Shown here: positions 32,308 to 49,200 of the stretch, piece after piece
Layout: every line of letters starts with the position of its first letter
How positions within the stretch are numbered: the first letter of the stretch is position 1
Assembly (NCBI RefSeq): GCF_009914755.1
Contig: NC_060925.1
Strand: one strand, 5' to 3'
DNA length: 64,000 nt
Origin: the human T2T-CHM13v2.0 reference genome, Homo sapiens
The notes under the pieces: generated by a model
The model's input: the letters and a program-made list of their open reading frames with translations, nothing else
What the model was told of the DNA's origin: nothing
Database searches by the model: none
Position numbers and translations under genes: made by a program

Positions 32308-32316
32308 TACAACCTC

Positions 32317-32477
32317 CAGAAGAAAGCGAACGCAATTCCCCACCACCACAAATTACAGTCCAGTTTCCCCACATGTGGAAGTAACAGGAGTCAGTCAGCA
32401 CATACTGAGTACAATGGAGAAATCGCCCCCGAAAAACACCAACTTCATGGCCGTATTTTCTCCTGTTACGTAAGTAT
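32317..32477 (-). ncRNA. RNVU1: Variant U1 snRNA gene, copy 1 (RNVU1 family; member number not determined)
   Basis: Minus strand reads ATACTTACGTAACAGGAG...CCATTGTACTC...GTAATTTGTGG...GCGTTCGCTTTCTTCTG (161 nt), colinear with U1 at roughly three-quarters identity. The Sm site is intact, and the genuine U1 promoter upstream shows it is a DNA-level duplicate, not a retrocopy. Confidence 0.95.
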
Positions 32478-32517
32478 GAATGAACGCACCTCCGCCCTGC
32501 CACAGCTCCATACGCCT

Positions 32518-32538
32518 CACCCCTTACACGCACGGTCA
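32518..32538 (-). promoter_or_regulatory. PSE (SNAPc site) of vU1 copy 1
   Basis: TGACCGTGCGTGTAAGGGGTG at -61..-41; canonical U1 has TGACCGTGTGTGTAAAGAGTG at the same spacing. Confidence 0.92.
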
Positions 32539-32689
32539 CTTGCCCCGCGCATTCCCCCACCCCGCCCCCATGCCGCCTCAAGTCCTCCTAGCCCTGACAC
32601 ACAGCTGGGACTATCACGTCCAACCGGAGGTCCTGGACTAGCTCCCACAGCACGAGAAATCTTTCGTGGCGAAGCAGCAGCCCCTGAGC

Positions 32690-32770
32690 TGCCTCCTCTG
32701 CATAGGAATCGCCCTATCTGTGATGTCACCGACAGCGCCTTTCCCGTCCCCGTCTGCTCTTCCGCCCCAC
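32690..32770 (-). promoter_or_regulatory. DSE enhancer of vU1 copy 1
   Basis: Octamer-like ATGCAGAG (32696-32703, ~-220) in the U1 context GGTGACATCAC..GGGCGA..CTATG; GC box nearby. Confidence 0.8.
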
Positions 32771-33564
32771 CCTCTGCCACTCGGCCGACCAACCAGCTGC
32801 GGGAGCGGGCGGAGAAAGTGACACCTGACTCTACCTCCTTTCCCTCCCATCCCCATCCCTGGTCTCTCCCAAAGAAGTAGGTTCTTAGCCTGTGATGCAA
32901 AGGACCCCTTTGGCGGCCAGCTGGAGCCTGTGCGCTTTTCTTCAAATAATGGCTTTTAAAGCTCAGACTAGAAAGTTTAGGATTACAAAGAAAAACGGTT
33001 CTTTTCACATACGGTTATCCTTGTGATGTAGCATTTCACTTGACATTTGGAAGTCGTTCAATATCAGAGAGAAACCGTATCTATGAAACTGGAGAGGCTG
33101 CTCAGATGACTGCAAACCAGCCATCCTTACTTGTTTTATCACTAGGAGTATTATAAAGACGGTCGTCCAGTTTCATGAATCTTGTAGGGTTTTTTTCAGA
33201 TACAGCAATGTACAAAAATGTGCTGCCCCAGCAGAGCACACTGGACATTCAGGCATGGTGCTGGAGTTTGTCATCTCTTCACTGCCTTCTCTAGACCTTA
33301 GCGCTTACCTCATGTTAACACTTTATATGCTGCGAAGACAGAAACACAGTCATCCAAATTTGGCAAAAATATTTGGGAGAAATTTTATTTCAGGTGTTTA
33401 ACTGATTACTTTTAATATGTAGACTACAACACCAAACTCTGAGAATACTCCACAGACTTATTAATGGTTTCCACCCCCATCTCTGCAAATCTATCAGGCA
33501 AGTTTTTCCCGCCCTTTACTTTCATATAAGCTGAGTCACAGTCTGTAGTGGGTTTTGGGGGGAG

Positions 33565-34207
33565 TGTTACTGCCCAACAGGTACACCCTGCCTGCTGCCT
33601 AGACAGAGCCAATTTTTCGACACAGGGGAATTGCAATAAAGAGCTGCACTCTTTATTTGGTGATTGGGGGCCGGTGAATTGAGAGTTCTGCTTGGCCAGG
33701 TCGGAGATGAAATCACAGGGAGCTGAAGCTGTGGTCTTGTGCTGGGTCAGTTCCTGCTTGGGGGCCACAAGACCAGCTGAGCCAGGTTATCAGTCTAGCT
33801 GGTGCCAGCTGATCCATTGAGTGCAGGGTCGGCAAAATATCTCAAGCACTGATCTTAGGTTTTCCAATAACGATGTGATCTCCAGGAACAATTTGGGGAG
33901 GTTTAGAATCTTGCAGCCAGAGGCTACATGACTCCTAAACCATAATTTCTAATCTCGTGGCTAATTTGTTAGTCCGGCAAAGGCAGTCTAGTCCCCAGGC
34001 AGGAAGGGGGTTTGCTTCGGGAAAGGGATATTATCATCTTTGTTTCACAGCTAAACCATAAACTAATTTCCTCCCAAAGTTATTTCGGCCTGTGCCCAGC
34101 AATCAACAAGGACAGCTTGTACGTTAGAAGCAAGATGGAATCAGTTAGATCAGATCTCTTTCACTGTGGTAATTGTCCCAGTTGTAATTTTTGCAAAGGC
34201 GGTTGCA
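33565..34207 (-). mobile_element. LTR8/LTR8A solo LTR (ERV1)
   Basis: Sense start TGCAACCGCCTTTGCAAAAATT...GTGAAAGAGATCTG...CCATCTTGCTTCTAAC; ends GTAACA; TSD GGAG/GAAG. Confidence 0.88.
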
Positions 34208-34351
34208 GAAGCAGAGGCATAGGTCTGACTTCTTTCACTCAGTCCTATGTCTATGAATTTTTCATGTTATTCATATGGTTATTTGGTTCTACGTGTATTC
34301 CTTTGTAGGAATATACATTAACTTATGTATCTATTCTACTGTTGTTGAACA

Positions 34352-35130
34352 TGTTGACCTAAAAGAAGGAGGCTGAAGCACAAAATATAATTTAGAGTTT
34401 ACTTGAGTCAACATGAAGACAACTGCCTGGAAGACTCACACCAAGGAAGCTTGGATTTGAGCTCCCTTTGGCCTTTGTCACAAGCAGGTTTTTATTTTTT
34501 ATTTTTTATTTATTTATTTATTTTGAGATGGAGTCTCACTCTGTTGCCCAGGCTGGAGTGCAGTGGCGCGAACTCTGCTCCGCCTCCTGGGTTCTCGCCA
34601 TTCTCCTGCCTCAGCCTCCCTAGTAGCTGGGATTACAGGCACCCGCCACCACGCCCAGCTAATTTTTTTTGTATTTTTTTAATAGAGACGGGGTTTCACC
34701 GTGTTAGCCAGGATGGTCTCGATCTCCTGACCTCATGATCCGCCTGCCTCGGCCTCCCAAAGTGCTGGGATTACAGGCGTGAGCCACCGCACCCTGCCCA
34801 CAAGCAGGTTTTTAAAGTTCAAAAGCAGGGACAGACAGTGGGCTGATAGGTGCCTATCAGGAATTCTCATTGGTTTACAGAAATAACATTGCTTGGTGAT
34901 TGGCTATATGTTGTTAAGTTATAGGGTATGGGGGTATAGGGATTGGTGTGGCATTATTAGGTTAATTTACAGCTACTTGAGGCAATAGCAAGCAGTTTCA
35001 ACGGATGAATACATAGCTCAGCGCAGCTCAAAAGGAAGGAGCGGAAAGTGGTTGCTGTCTCGATTTAACGTCTCTCTGGGCCTGATCATTTGAAAGGGCT
35101 CACATTCCTCAGATAAAAAGTTTTTTTAAT
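34352..35130 (-). mobile_element. 3' LTR (MER84/MER87-like, ERV1) interrupted by AluY at 34490-34798
   Basis: Homologous to 42219-43010; sense text AACTTTTTATCTGAGGAATGTGAGCCC...TAGGTCAACA; Alu TSD CACAAGCAGGTTTTTA. Confidence 0.75.
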
Positions 35131-35460
35131 CTTTCTTCTTGAAAGCATCGATGATCAAAAGCTAAGTCAAGGGTGTCCCTCTTTGCCAGAAAGGTTCATT
35201 CCCGGATAGTCCTGTCCCAAGCAGGGGACAGGGGAGGAAAGAAGCCACCTCACTGAGGAATTTTTAAGAATGCCCAAAAGTCCAATTGAAAGGGCATTAC
35301 AGCCAGGCATGGTGGCTCACACCTGTAGTCCCAGCACTTCAGGAGGCCAAGATAGGTGGATTGCCTGAGTCCAGGAGTTCAAAACCAGCCTGGGCAACAT
35401 GGTGAAACCCCATCTCTACAAAAAATACAAAGTTAGCCAGGTGTAGTGGCACACACCTTA

Positions 35461-35595
<135 letters not shown>

Positions 35596-38291
35596 TCATA
35601 GAGTGGCAAAAAAAAAAAAAAAAAGAGAGAGAGAGAGGGGCCTCAGTTAAGTCTACAGCTGCTGTCACTTATTGAATCATCTCTACTCTTCAGAATACCA
35701 TGAAATTAGTTTTCCCAGAAGTAAAACGATGAGAGATACATAACAATAATGACATTGCACTTCATCATTCCATGCCCTTCGACATTTATAGGGCCATGGA
35801 TGGTGATCTTTTCAAGAGACAAAAATAAACGCCGAACAGGTAAGTGCGCTATAATTTGAGTACATCAGCTTTTGGGCATTTAAACCATGGGTCAGAAATG
35901 TAGAGCAAGAGGGCAGGTTGGATCCTGATAGCAGGAGGGAGTGTTTTTCTTTTAACTTTCCAGTGGCATCATGGTGTTAACCACTGTTATTTCAGAGTGA
36001 AGAAACAATTTTTTGTTTGGTTGGTTTTGTACTTTTTATTTTTATTATAATTACTTTTTAAGACAAGGACTCTGTCTCCCAGGCTGGAATTCAGTGACAA
36101 GATCACAGCTCAGTACAGCCTTGACCTCTTGACCTCCAAGGCTCAACGGCTCATCCTCCCAAGCAGCTGGGACTACAGGCACACACCACCACACGCAGCT
36201 TATTTATTTATTTTTTGAGACAGGGTCTCACTCTGTTGCCCAGGCTGGAGTGCAGTGGCGTCATCAGGGTTCGCTGCAGGCTTGAACTCCTTAGCTCAAG
36301 TCATCCTCTCACCTCATGCTCCTGAGTAGCTGGGACTACAGGTGGGCACCACCACACCCAGCTAATTTGTATATATTTTATAGAGTCAGTGTTTCACCAT
36401 TTTGCCCAGGCTAGTCTCAAACCCCTGTGCTCAAGTGATCCTTCTGTCTTGGCCTCCCAAAGTGCTGGGATTACAGGCAGTTATTTTGACAATACGATTA
36501 CGATGGGTTAAACTGAGACGTGCGGCAGGAAGGTTAGGGTGAGTCAGACAGATTAGATAAACAGGTTTTGCTTGATATGACCCTGAGTTGCATCGTGAGT
36601 GCAATCAGGAGGAATACAGGTGAAATTTAGCACAGGATGTACCAATGGGTCATTATGGTCAAAAGTGGTTTGTGGTTTTGAGTGGCAAACCTGGAACCTT
36701 GTCAAATTTCCCACAGAGGTAATGGTTTGTGAGATTCTAATCAGAGAATTATCCCTCCCTGCTGTAATCAAATTAATTAGGGACAGTAAAACAGAAATCT
36801 GATCACAGGTATTCTGCTATGTATGTATGTATGTATATGTATATACACATACACGCAAGAGGAGTAGTGTGTCATATCTTAAGAGAATATGCATATAGGG
36901 TGATTTTACCAAAACCACCAAGAGACAACCCCTACAACTTAAAGGAGCCCTAATGGTGTATGTATTCCAGTCAGCAAAAAAGAGACTAACTCTCTCAGGC
37001 ACGGTCAGCACTGGAATTGTAACTGATTATACAGGCCAATATCTTGGGTGAAAGCGGACTACACCAGATGTCAGCTACTTGCCATCTCTGTCAGGAAGAT
37101 TGTGAGTTACCTCTAAGTGAAAATCTCCACTGACAGATGTCCACTCTGGTAGGGTTGCCTTTTACAAGAGAAACATGAATCCATGTGTCAACGCCCTTAA
37201 GTTTACTGGCCTAGATTGGTCAGTAATACCTGTCGTCAGTTAGGTGCAGTGGCCTATGCCTGTGGTCCCAAATATTTGGAAGGTTGAGGCAGAAGGGTGG
37301 CTTGAGCCCAGGAGTTCAAGGCTACAATGAGTCATGATTGTGCCACTGCATTCTGGCTTGGGGAATAGAATGAGATCCCATCTCAAAAAAAAATATATAA
37401 AGTAATAATAATAGCTGATGTGGTCCCTTCCAACAGTCTTGGGGAGAATATTTTATTTGATGTTGTTTCCAGTAAACAACAACATCTCCAGGTTATAGGC
37501 CAAGATTTTTGATATTTTCATCTCCCAGGAGTTCATTATGAATGGAATTCTTTGTTAATGTAGAGTTCTTAGTAAGTTCTGTGAGATCTTAGCAGTAATG
37601 GAGAATGTCACCTTTAAGAAGTGCAGATTCATAAGCGCCTTCATCTAACCACTGCAAGGGTCTTCCTGTTATTATTTCAAAGAGGGAGAGTGTGGACATT
37701 TTCCACAACCAGTGGGAGATCCTTGTCCAAGAAAGGTTAAAAACTTCTGTTAGCTTTGCCAATTGAGTTTTTATTGTATCATTAGTGCATTCCATCGGCC
37801 CAGAGGATTAGGGGTGACAGGCACAATGGAAATGTTGGGACTTAGGCAAAAATGTTACAAATGGATCAAATTACCTGACCAACGAAGTGTGTTCCTCGGT
37901 TTCTATGGAGTTCAGATGGCACCCCCCATGAGGAATTACCTTTTCTAATCACAATCTACCTACTACTTGGGCTGTGGCTCATCGGCATGGAAATGCTCAC
38001 CCCAGTGAGCATATACAAATTAGCACCAGAAAGTATCTGTGACCCTGAGATGGAGACAGCTGGATAAAGTCTAACTGCCATTTCTCGAAGGGTCCCAAAG
38101 GCAAAATGTCCCTGTGACCCATGAAGGGGTTTTCCAGGATTATGTTTGGGACAGACAGTATGGCAAGACTAAACATTTTCTGCAATCATAGGCAATGATT
38201 TTCAATACCATTGCTTTCCCCATGCCAACATTTTGTCTGAATTCCAATGAGTCAGCTTATGAAGTACTGTAAAAGGGTAATTGAAGCCTAA

Positions 38292-38715
<424 letters not shown>

Positions 38716-39680
38716 CACTTGTACTTCTAATGAAGTCTTCAATGGGTCATAAGTCAGCAAGGTCATTTCGAGGAGTTCTGTGTCTGATGTCACCTTCAGA
38801 GCTGCATTCTTAGCTGCAGCATCAGCAAAATGATTGTCCTTGCTCTCCAGAATGTCTAATTTTGAATGAACACGAATTTTGATGATGGCCAAAATTTGGG
38901 TCTTCAAATTGCTTCTAAGAGGTCAGAGATTTATTGGTCATTTTTGATGGCTTGACCTGATGAAATCAGATACCTATGTTGCTTCTAAAGCATTCCAAAA
39001 TCATCACCTACTCCAAATGCATCTCTGCTCCCAGTGTAAATGTTAGGCTGAGGTGGAAGGATTGATTGAGCCCAGAAGTTCATTCAGGTCCAGCCTGGAA
39101 AACACAGCAAGATGTCCTCTCTACAAAAAAAAAAATCAAAGAATTAGCTGGGCATTGTGGCATGCACCTGTGGTCCCAGCTACTCGGGAGGCTGAGGTGG
39201 GAGGATTGCTAGAGCTGAGAGGTTGAGGATGTGGTGGGCCATGATGGAGCCACTGCACTCCAGCCTGGGTGACAGAGTGAGGCCCTGTCTCAATCAATCA
39301 ATCAATAAATCTTAACCACTTAAAATACCAATGACAGATTTGCTTGGCCTTTTAAGTGCATTGCTGAATTCTCCCATCTACATTTTTGGGAACAACCTGG
39401 GGAATGGCAACATGGAGGTATTTGGCCAAAATGCAGACCCTTTCATTGTCTGCTTTAGTCTGTTTTTAAAAATCCTCTAAAGAATTATTCCAATTCGCCC
39501 TTTTCAACCATTTAGTGGCCCTGCCTTCTTACACCACATGTGAATTAATTGATAAAAATCAGAATATTCGGGCTAAAAGTTTGGACAATTAAGTCAAATT
39601 TTCTCCCAAACCCTATAGGATCTTGGAGGCTGCTTTAGAATTAGAAGGGGAAATTGATTTAAATTTCGATCAGGGAAGTC

Positions 39681-39994
39681 TTTTTTATTTTTTATTTATT
39701 TATTTATGTATTTTGATACAAAGTCTTGCTCGGTCACCCAGGCTGGAGTGCAATGGTGCAATCTTGGCTCACTGCAACCTCCACTTCCCGAGTTAAAGCG
39801 ATTCTCCTGCATCAGCCTCCCGAGTTGCTGGGATTGCAGTCATGTACCACCATGACCGGCTAATTTTTGTATTTTTAGTATAGACCGGGTTTCACCATGT
39901 TGTCCAGGCTGGTCTCGAACTCCCGACCTCGTGATCCGCCTGTCTAGTCCTCCCAATGTGCTGGGATTACAGGCATGAGCCACTGCGCCCGGCC
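39681..39994 (-). mobile_element. AluS (Sg-like) in gag
   Basis: GCAACCTCC, AGCGATTCTCC and CCAGGCTGGTCTCGAACTCC; TSD CAGGGAAGTCTTTT. Confidence 0.9.
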
Positions 39995-41462
39995 CAGGGA
40001 AGTCTTTTATAATATTCTTAATTCACATTTTGGTGAAGCAGTATACAGAATGGTAGGCTCCCCTCTTCCTGTGGAAGCCCCTACCTTGAAAGGGGCTGTC
40101 AGAACAGAAGTTTCAGGGGAGGGGCTAGAGCCCTGGGGACTTTCCTCAGGTGATGGTGATGGAAGAAGAGGCAAGGCAGGACCGGAGGGCTCAGGTAAGG
40201 GAGACTATGCAGGTGCAGGGGCAGGAGGAGAAGGAGCAGTTGGAGGCAAAAGAGACAAAGCCTCCTCAATATTTCTCAATTCAGAAAACGTGTCAGTTTA
40301 CCTCCTTCAGCTTACTTCCTCACTGGAGGCAATTTTCGCAGTTCTTTTAGAAATTTCTAGGTATTATTGGAAGTAAGTCTCCCATTTAATTTGGTTCTAA
40401 AACCAAATTTTTCCAATTGTGCACACTAATAAATTATTTTAAGCATTTCAAAATATCCCCATTTTCTTCATTCTGCTTATGAGTTTTCCTGGTTAGGTGG
40501 GCCCAGTTTCTTGGATATTTACAAGAGGACGCTTCATAAGTGTTATACATAAACCCAGCTGATGTTTCTAAAGGTGGTTGTTTCTTCACAGTGTGCTAAA
40601 TTTTGAAGCTTGATTTCCCATAATTCAGGAGCTTTTCAGATGACCAAGGCCTGTGATGTGTTTTGGGTCACAGTGTGGTGCTTATGAAGTCACTCTGACA
40701 GATAACACCGGAGTTGTGTATCGCTGTCTCAGTGGTTCCCACTGTTTCTAACCACCAGGTGGCCACAGAGTGCATGTGCTATGAGGGACCCGTCCGACAT
40801 ATACCCTCCCAGAAGAGCAGGAAAGGGGGTTCATAAAGATGTTCTTCTGATGGGGAGTGTCCTATAAGGCCACCTTCACATGGTGAGTAATGACCCCAAC
40901 ACCTCTGCAACATCCCCGATCACTTGGAGCACCTGAATGGATCAGCGGGAGCAGATCACTTCTTTTCTTCAGGGCAGGGGAATGCACCTCCATGCGCTTT
41001 CCAGTTAAGAACTAACAGGAATTAGTCACAAATGAAAAGCTAAGCCTGAATGTTCAAAACAACATGCTACATAAAATGACACCACCAGGGCCTACCTGCC
41101 AATACCTTGACCCAGAACTTCCTGCTGAGGAACAGAGGCAGGAAAGGCAGAAGCTCTCTGGAGAGCTCTTTGCCTGACTGTGACCCAAACTTTCTGTCCT
41201 GATGCAGAGGTGGAAAAGGCAGTTATTTCCCCCTGAGACTCAAACCTCTTACCCACAGGGTAAAGACAGAAAACCTCCATTCTAGAAAGGGAGAGCTGGA
41301 AAGGACACTCAAGCAAAGTCCAGGCCTTCAACCAAAGAGTGGGAAGGTCCAGATTTCAGGAGGATTCCCCACTTACTACTGCCCAACTGTTTCTCTCAGA
41401 GTCCAAACTCGAGGGCTTCAGAGCTGGCCAGGCACCCAGTCCAGGAGGAATGTGGTGTGATC

Positions 41463-42019
41463 TGAGAGATGAAAATACATGCCCCCTTATAGACTAAGAC
41501 AGACTGTAAGGTTAAGGAAACAAAAGTTAGCTACAGGTCCAGGGTTCAGGGCTCATCTGGCATGGCAACGTCCTGAATTCCTATGGCTACAGGAAAAAAC
41601 ACACTGTTGCTAAACTCCTTAACAATAGGGGCTAGCAAGCAAACTGTCAAAATCTTCCCAGCCCTTCTCAACTGGATTTACAACCCAGATCACTAGAGCT
41701 CTGATGGGACAGAGGAGTGGCCTTCCATTCTTTCCCGATAAGCAACTGCAGATATCAAGCCAGTTTCAGCCATGTTACAGGGACTGCACACAAACTGACT
41801 TCGTGTCCAGTAGTTCACCTTTTGACATAAACAGCCAATTTCCACCTCATTTTAATGCTAAAATCCCTTCCCAATGTGAAGATGGGGTGCATGTTACATA
41901 TATGTTTACCCGTTGCACATGAGCTCAATACCCCTCAGAAATGGCGTTTCCCCAAACCTGCTGAATATGTATGACTCTATTGTGTGATACACACCCTGTG
42001 AGGCACAAAAACCAACCTG

Positions 42020-42050
<31 letters not shown>

Positions 42051-42167
42051 GAGAAAGCACCTCTTCAAAGACACACACCAGAGACTGTCTCTTCCCGGAC
42101 TGCAAACTGATCTCACCAATAAAATTCTACCTACTATGTAGCCACCCTGGAGGCCTTTGAGAGGACG
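41463..42167 (+). mobile_element. ERV1-class solo LTR nested antisense in the proviral leader
   Basis: TG start, MER4-group text (gttcaccttttgacataaacagccaatt), AATAAA at 42118; family and 3' end are approximate. Confidence 0.7.
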
Positions 42168-42196
42168 GTCAGATGGTCAGAGATAAGTTGCTCTGA

Positions 42197-42214
42197 ATCC
42201 TGCTCCCAGGGCCA
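42197..42214 (-). other. Retroviral primer-binding site, tRNA-Ser(CGA)
   Basis: TGGCCCTGGGAGCAGGATTC versus the complement of the tRNA-Ser-CGA 3' end TGGCGCTGTGAGCAGGATTC (18/20), 4 nt after the 5' LTR end. Confidence 0.8.
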
Positions 42215-42218
42215 AAAA

Positions 42219-47649
<5,431 letters not shown>

Positions 47650-47685
47650 CCTTTCGGATGCGACAACTAATTGTGCCACAGAGAC
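47650..47685 (-). pseudogene. tRNA-Asn remnant, anticodon arm deleted and 3' half lost
   Basis: GTCTCTGTGGCACAATTAGTTGTCGCAT|CCGAAAGG aligns to tRNA-Asn nt 1-28 and 40-47. Confidence 0.7.
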
Positions 47686-47779
47686 ACAACCCGAGTGGCT
47701 TAGGACTCTGGGAAGATATAATCTCCCCCGTTTATCTAGTGATCGATAATGCATGAACGCTTTAAAAGCTGGAATAGGC

Positions 47780-48186
<407 letters not shown>

Positions 48187-48189
48187 ACG

Positions 48190-49200
48190 TAGTGTACCTT
48201 CTTCTGGGCGCTGTAGGAAGGGTGCACTCACCAAACACTCCCCAACCCTCCCATCCTCAGAGCCCACCCGGCAGTACAACTGTGAAAGGCCTTGGAAAAC
48301 TGGAGCGATGAGAGCGGTGAATCGTGTTGGTCTCATTGGAGACCCGCAGATTGGGAGATTCTGGAACCAGGACGACCTTGCCCCTCACCTGCAGCAGAAG
48401 CCCCCGGAAACGCCCGGCCCCGACCCGGACCTGAGCCGCCTGGGGGCCCAAGGGAAGCTGAACGCCCGGTGGGCTCCCGCGATGGTTCTTTGTGCCGCCT
48501 TGACCCAGTGAGGCAGCCTGTGCCCACCCTGCCCAGTCACTTTTGAGGCCGCTGCGGAACTTCCGCTGCCATCTTCGGATCCTGTGTCCCGCACGGGGGC
48601 TCCACCAGGGCAGGGATGGTGGTGAGGGTGGCTCGTGGGTCCCCTCGCGGAGAGCAGGGTCTGGCACTCACCAGCGCGCACGACGACTAGGACTTGTTGA
48701 ATTAATCCATCGTCACCTTCAGCTTTTAGTCCTTTGAAGAGCCCCGAAAATGGAAATCATGAAATATTTTACCATGGGGAAGTTTTGATTTGTTTTTGAG
48801 ACAGGGTCTCGCTAGGTCGCCCAGGCTGGAGTGCAGTGGTGCAAACACGGCTCACTGCAGCCTCGACCTCCCGGGGCCATCGTCGCCTTTAGCTTTTAGT
48901 CCCTTGAAGAACCCCAAGAATAGAAATCATGAGATTTTTCCATGGGGAAGTTCTTTTTTCAAAGCGTTTATTCACGTTGATTTCTAGGCATCCCCCGGGG
49001 AGGGCAACGGGCAGGGCCTCCAGTGCACCTTCTGCGCGGTGGAGCCGCGGGGGCTCAGCTGCGCAGTGGTAGGGTCCTGGGGCGGGAGGGCAGGAGGGAA
49101 GGGAAAAGCAAAAGCGGGGAAAGAAGCCGGGGAGCGGTGGAACACACATCCAGACCTCCTGAAAGGCTCGTGCAGAGGCACAGGCTGGATCTTCTGGAGG
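48190..49200. promoter_or_regulatory. CpG-island-like Pol II promoter
   Basis: GC- and CpG-rich; YY1 plus ETS cluster AAGATGGCAGCGGAAGTTCCG (minus strand, 48555-48575); minus-strand splice donors at 48671, 48388 and 48231. Confidence 0.65.
48785..48876 (-). mobile_element. 5'-truncated AluJ fragment flanked by ~77-bp direct repeats
   Basis: GAGACAGGGTCTCGCT...GCAGCCTCGACCTCCCGGG; repeats at 48707-48784 and 48877-48952. Confidence 0.85.

Noticed and set aside
32149-32880. Longest ORF (243 aa, plus strand)
   Set aside because: GTG start, antisense across vU1 and its GC-rich promoter, no recognisable domain; the paralog is broken by an LTR.
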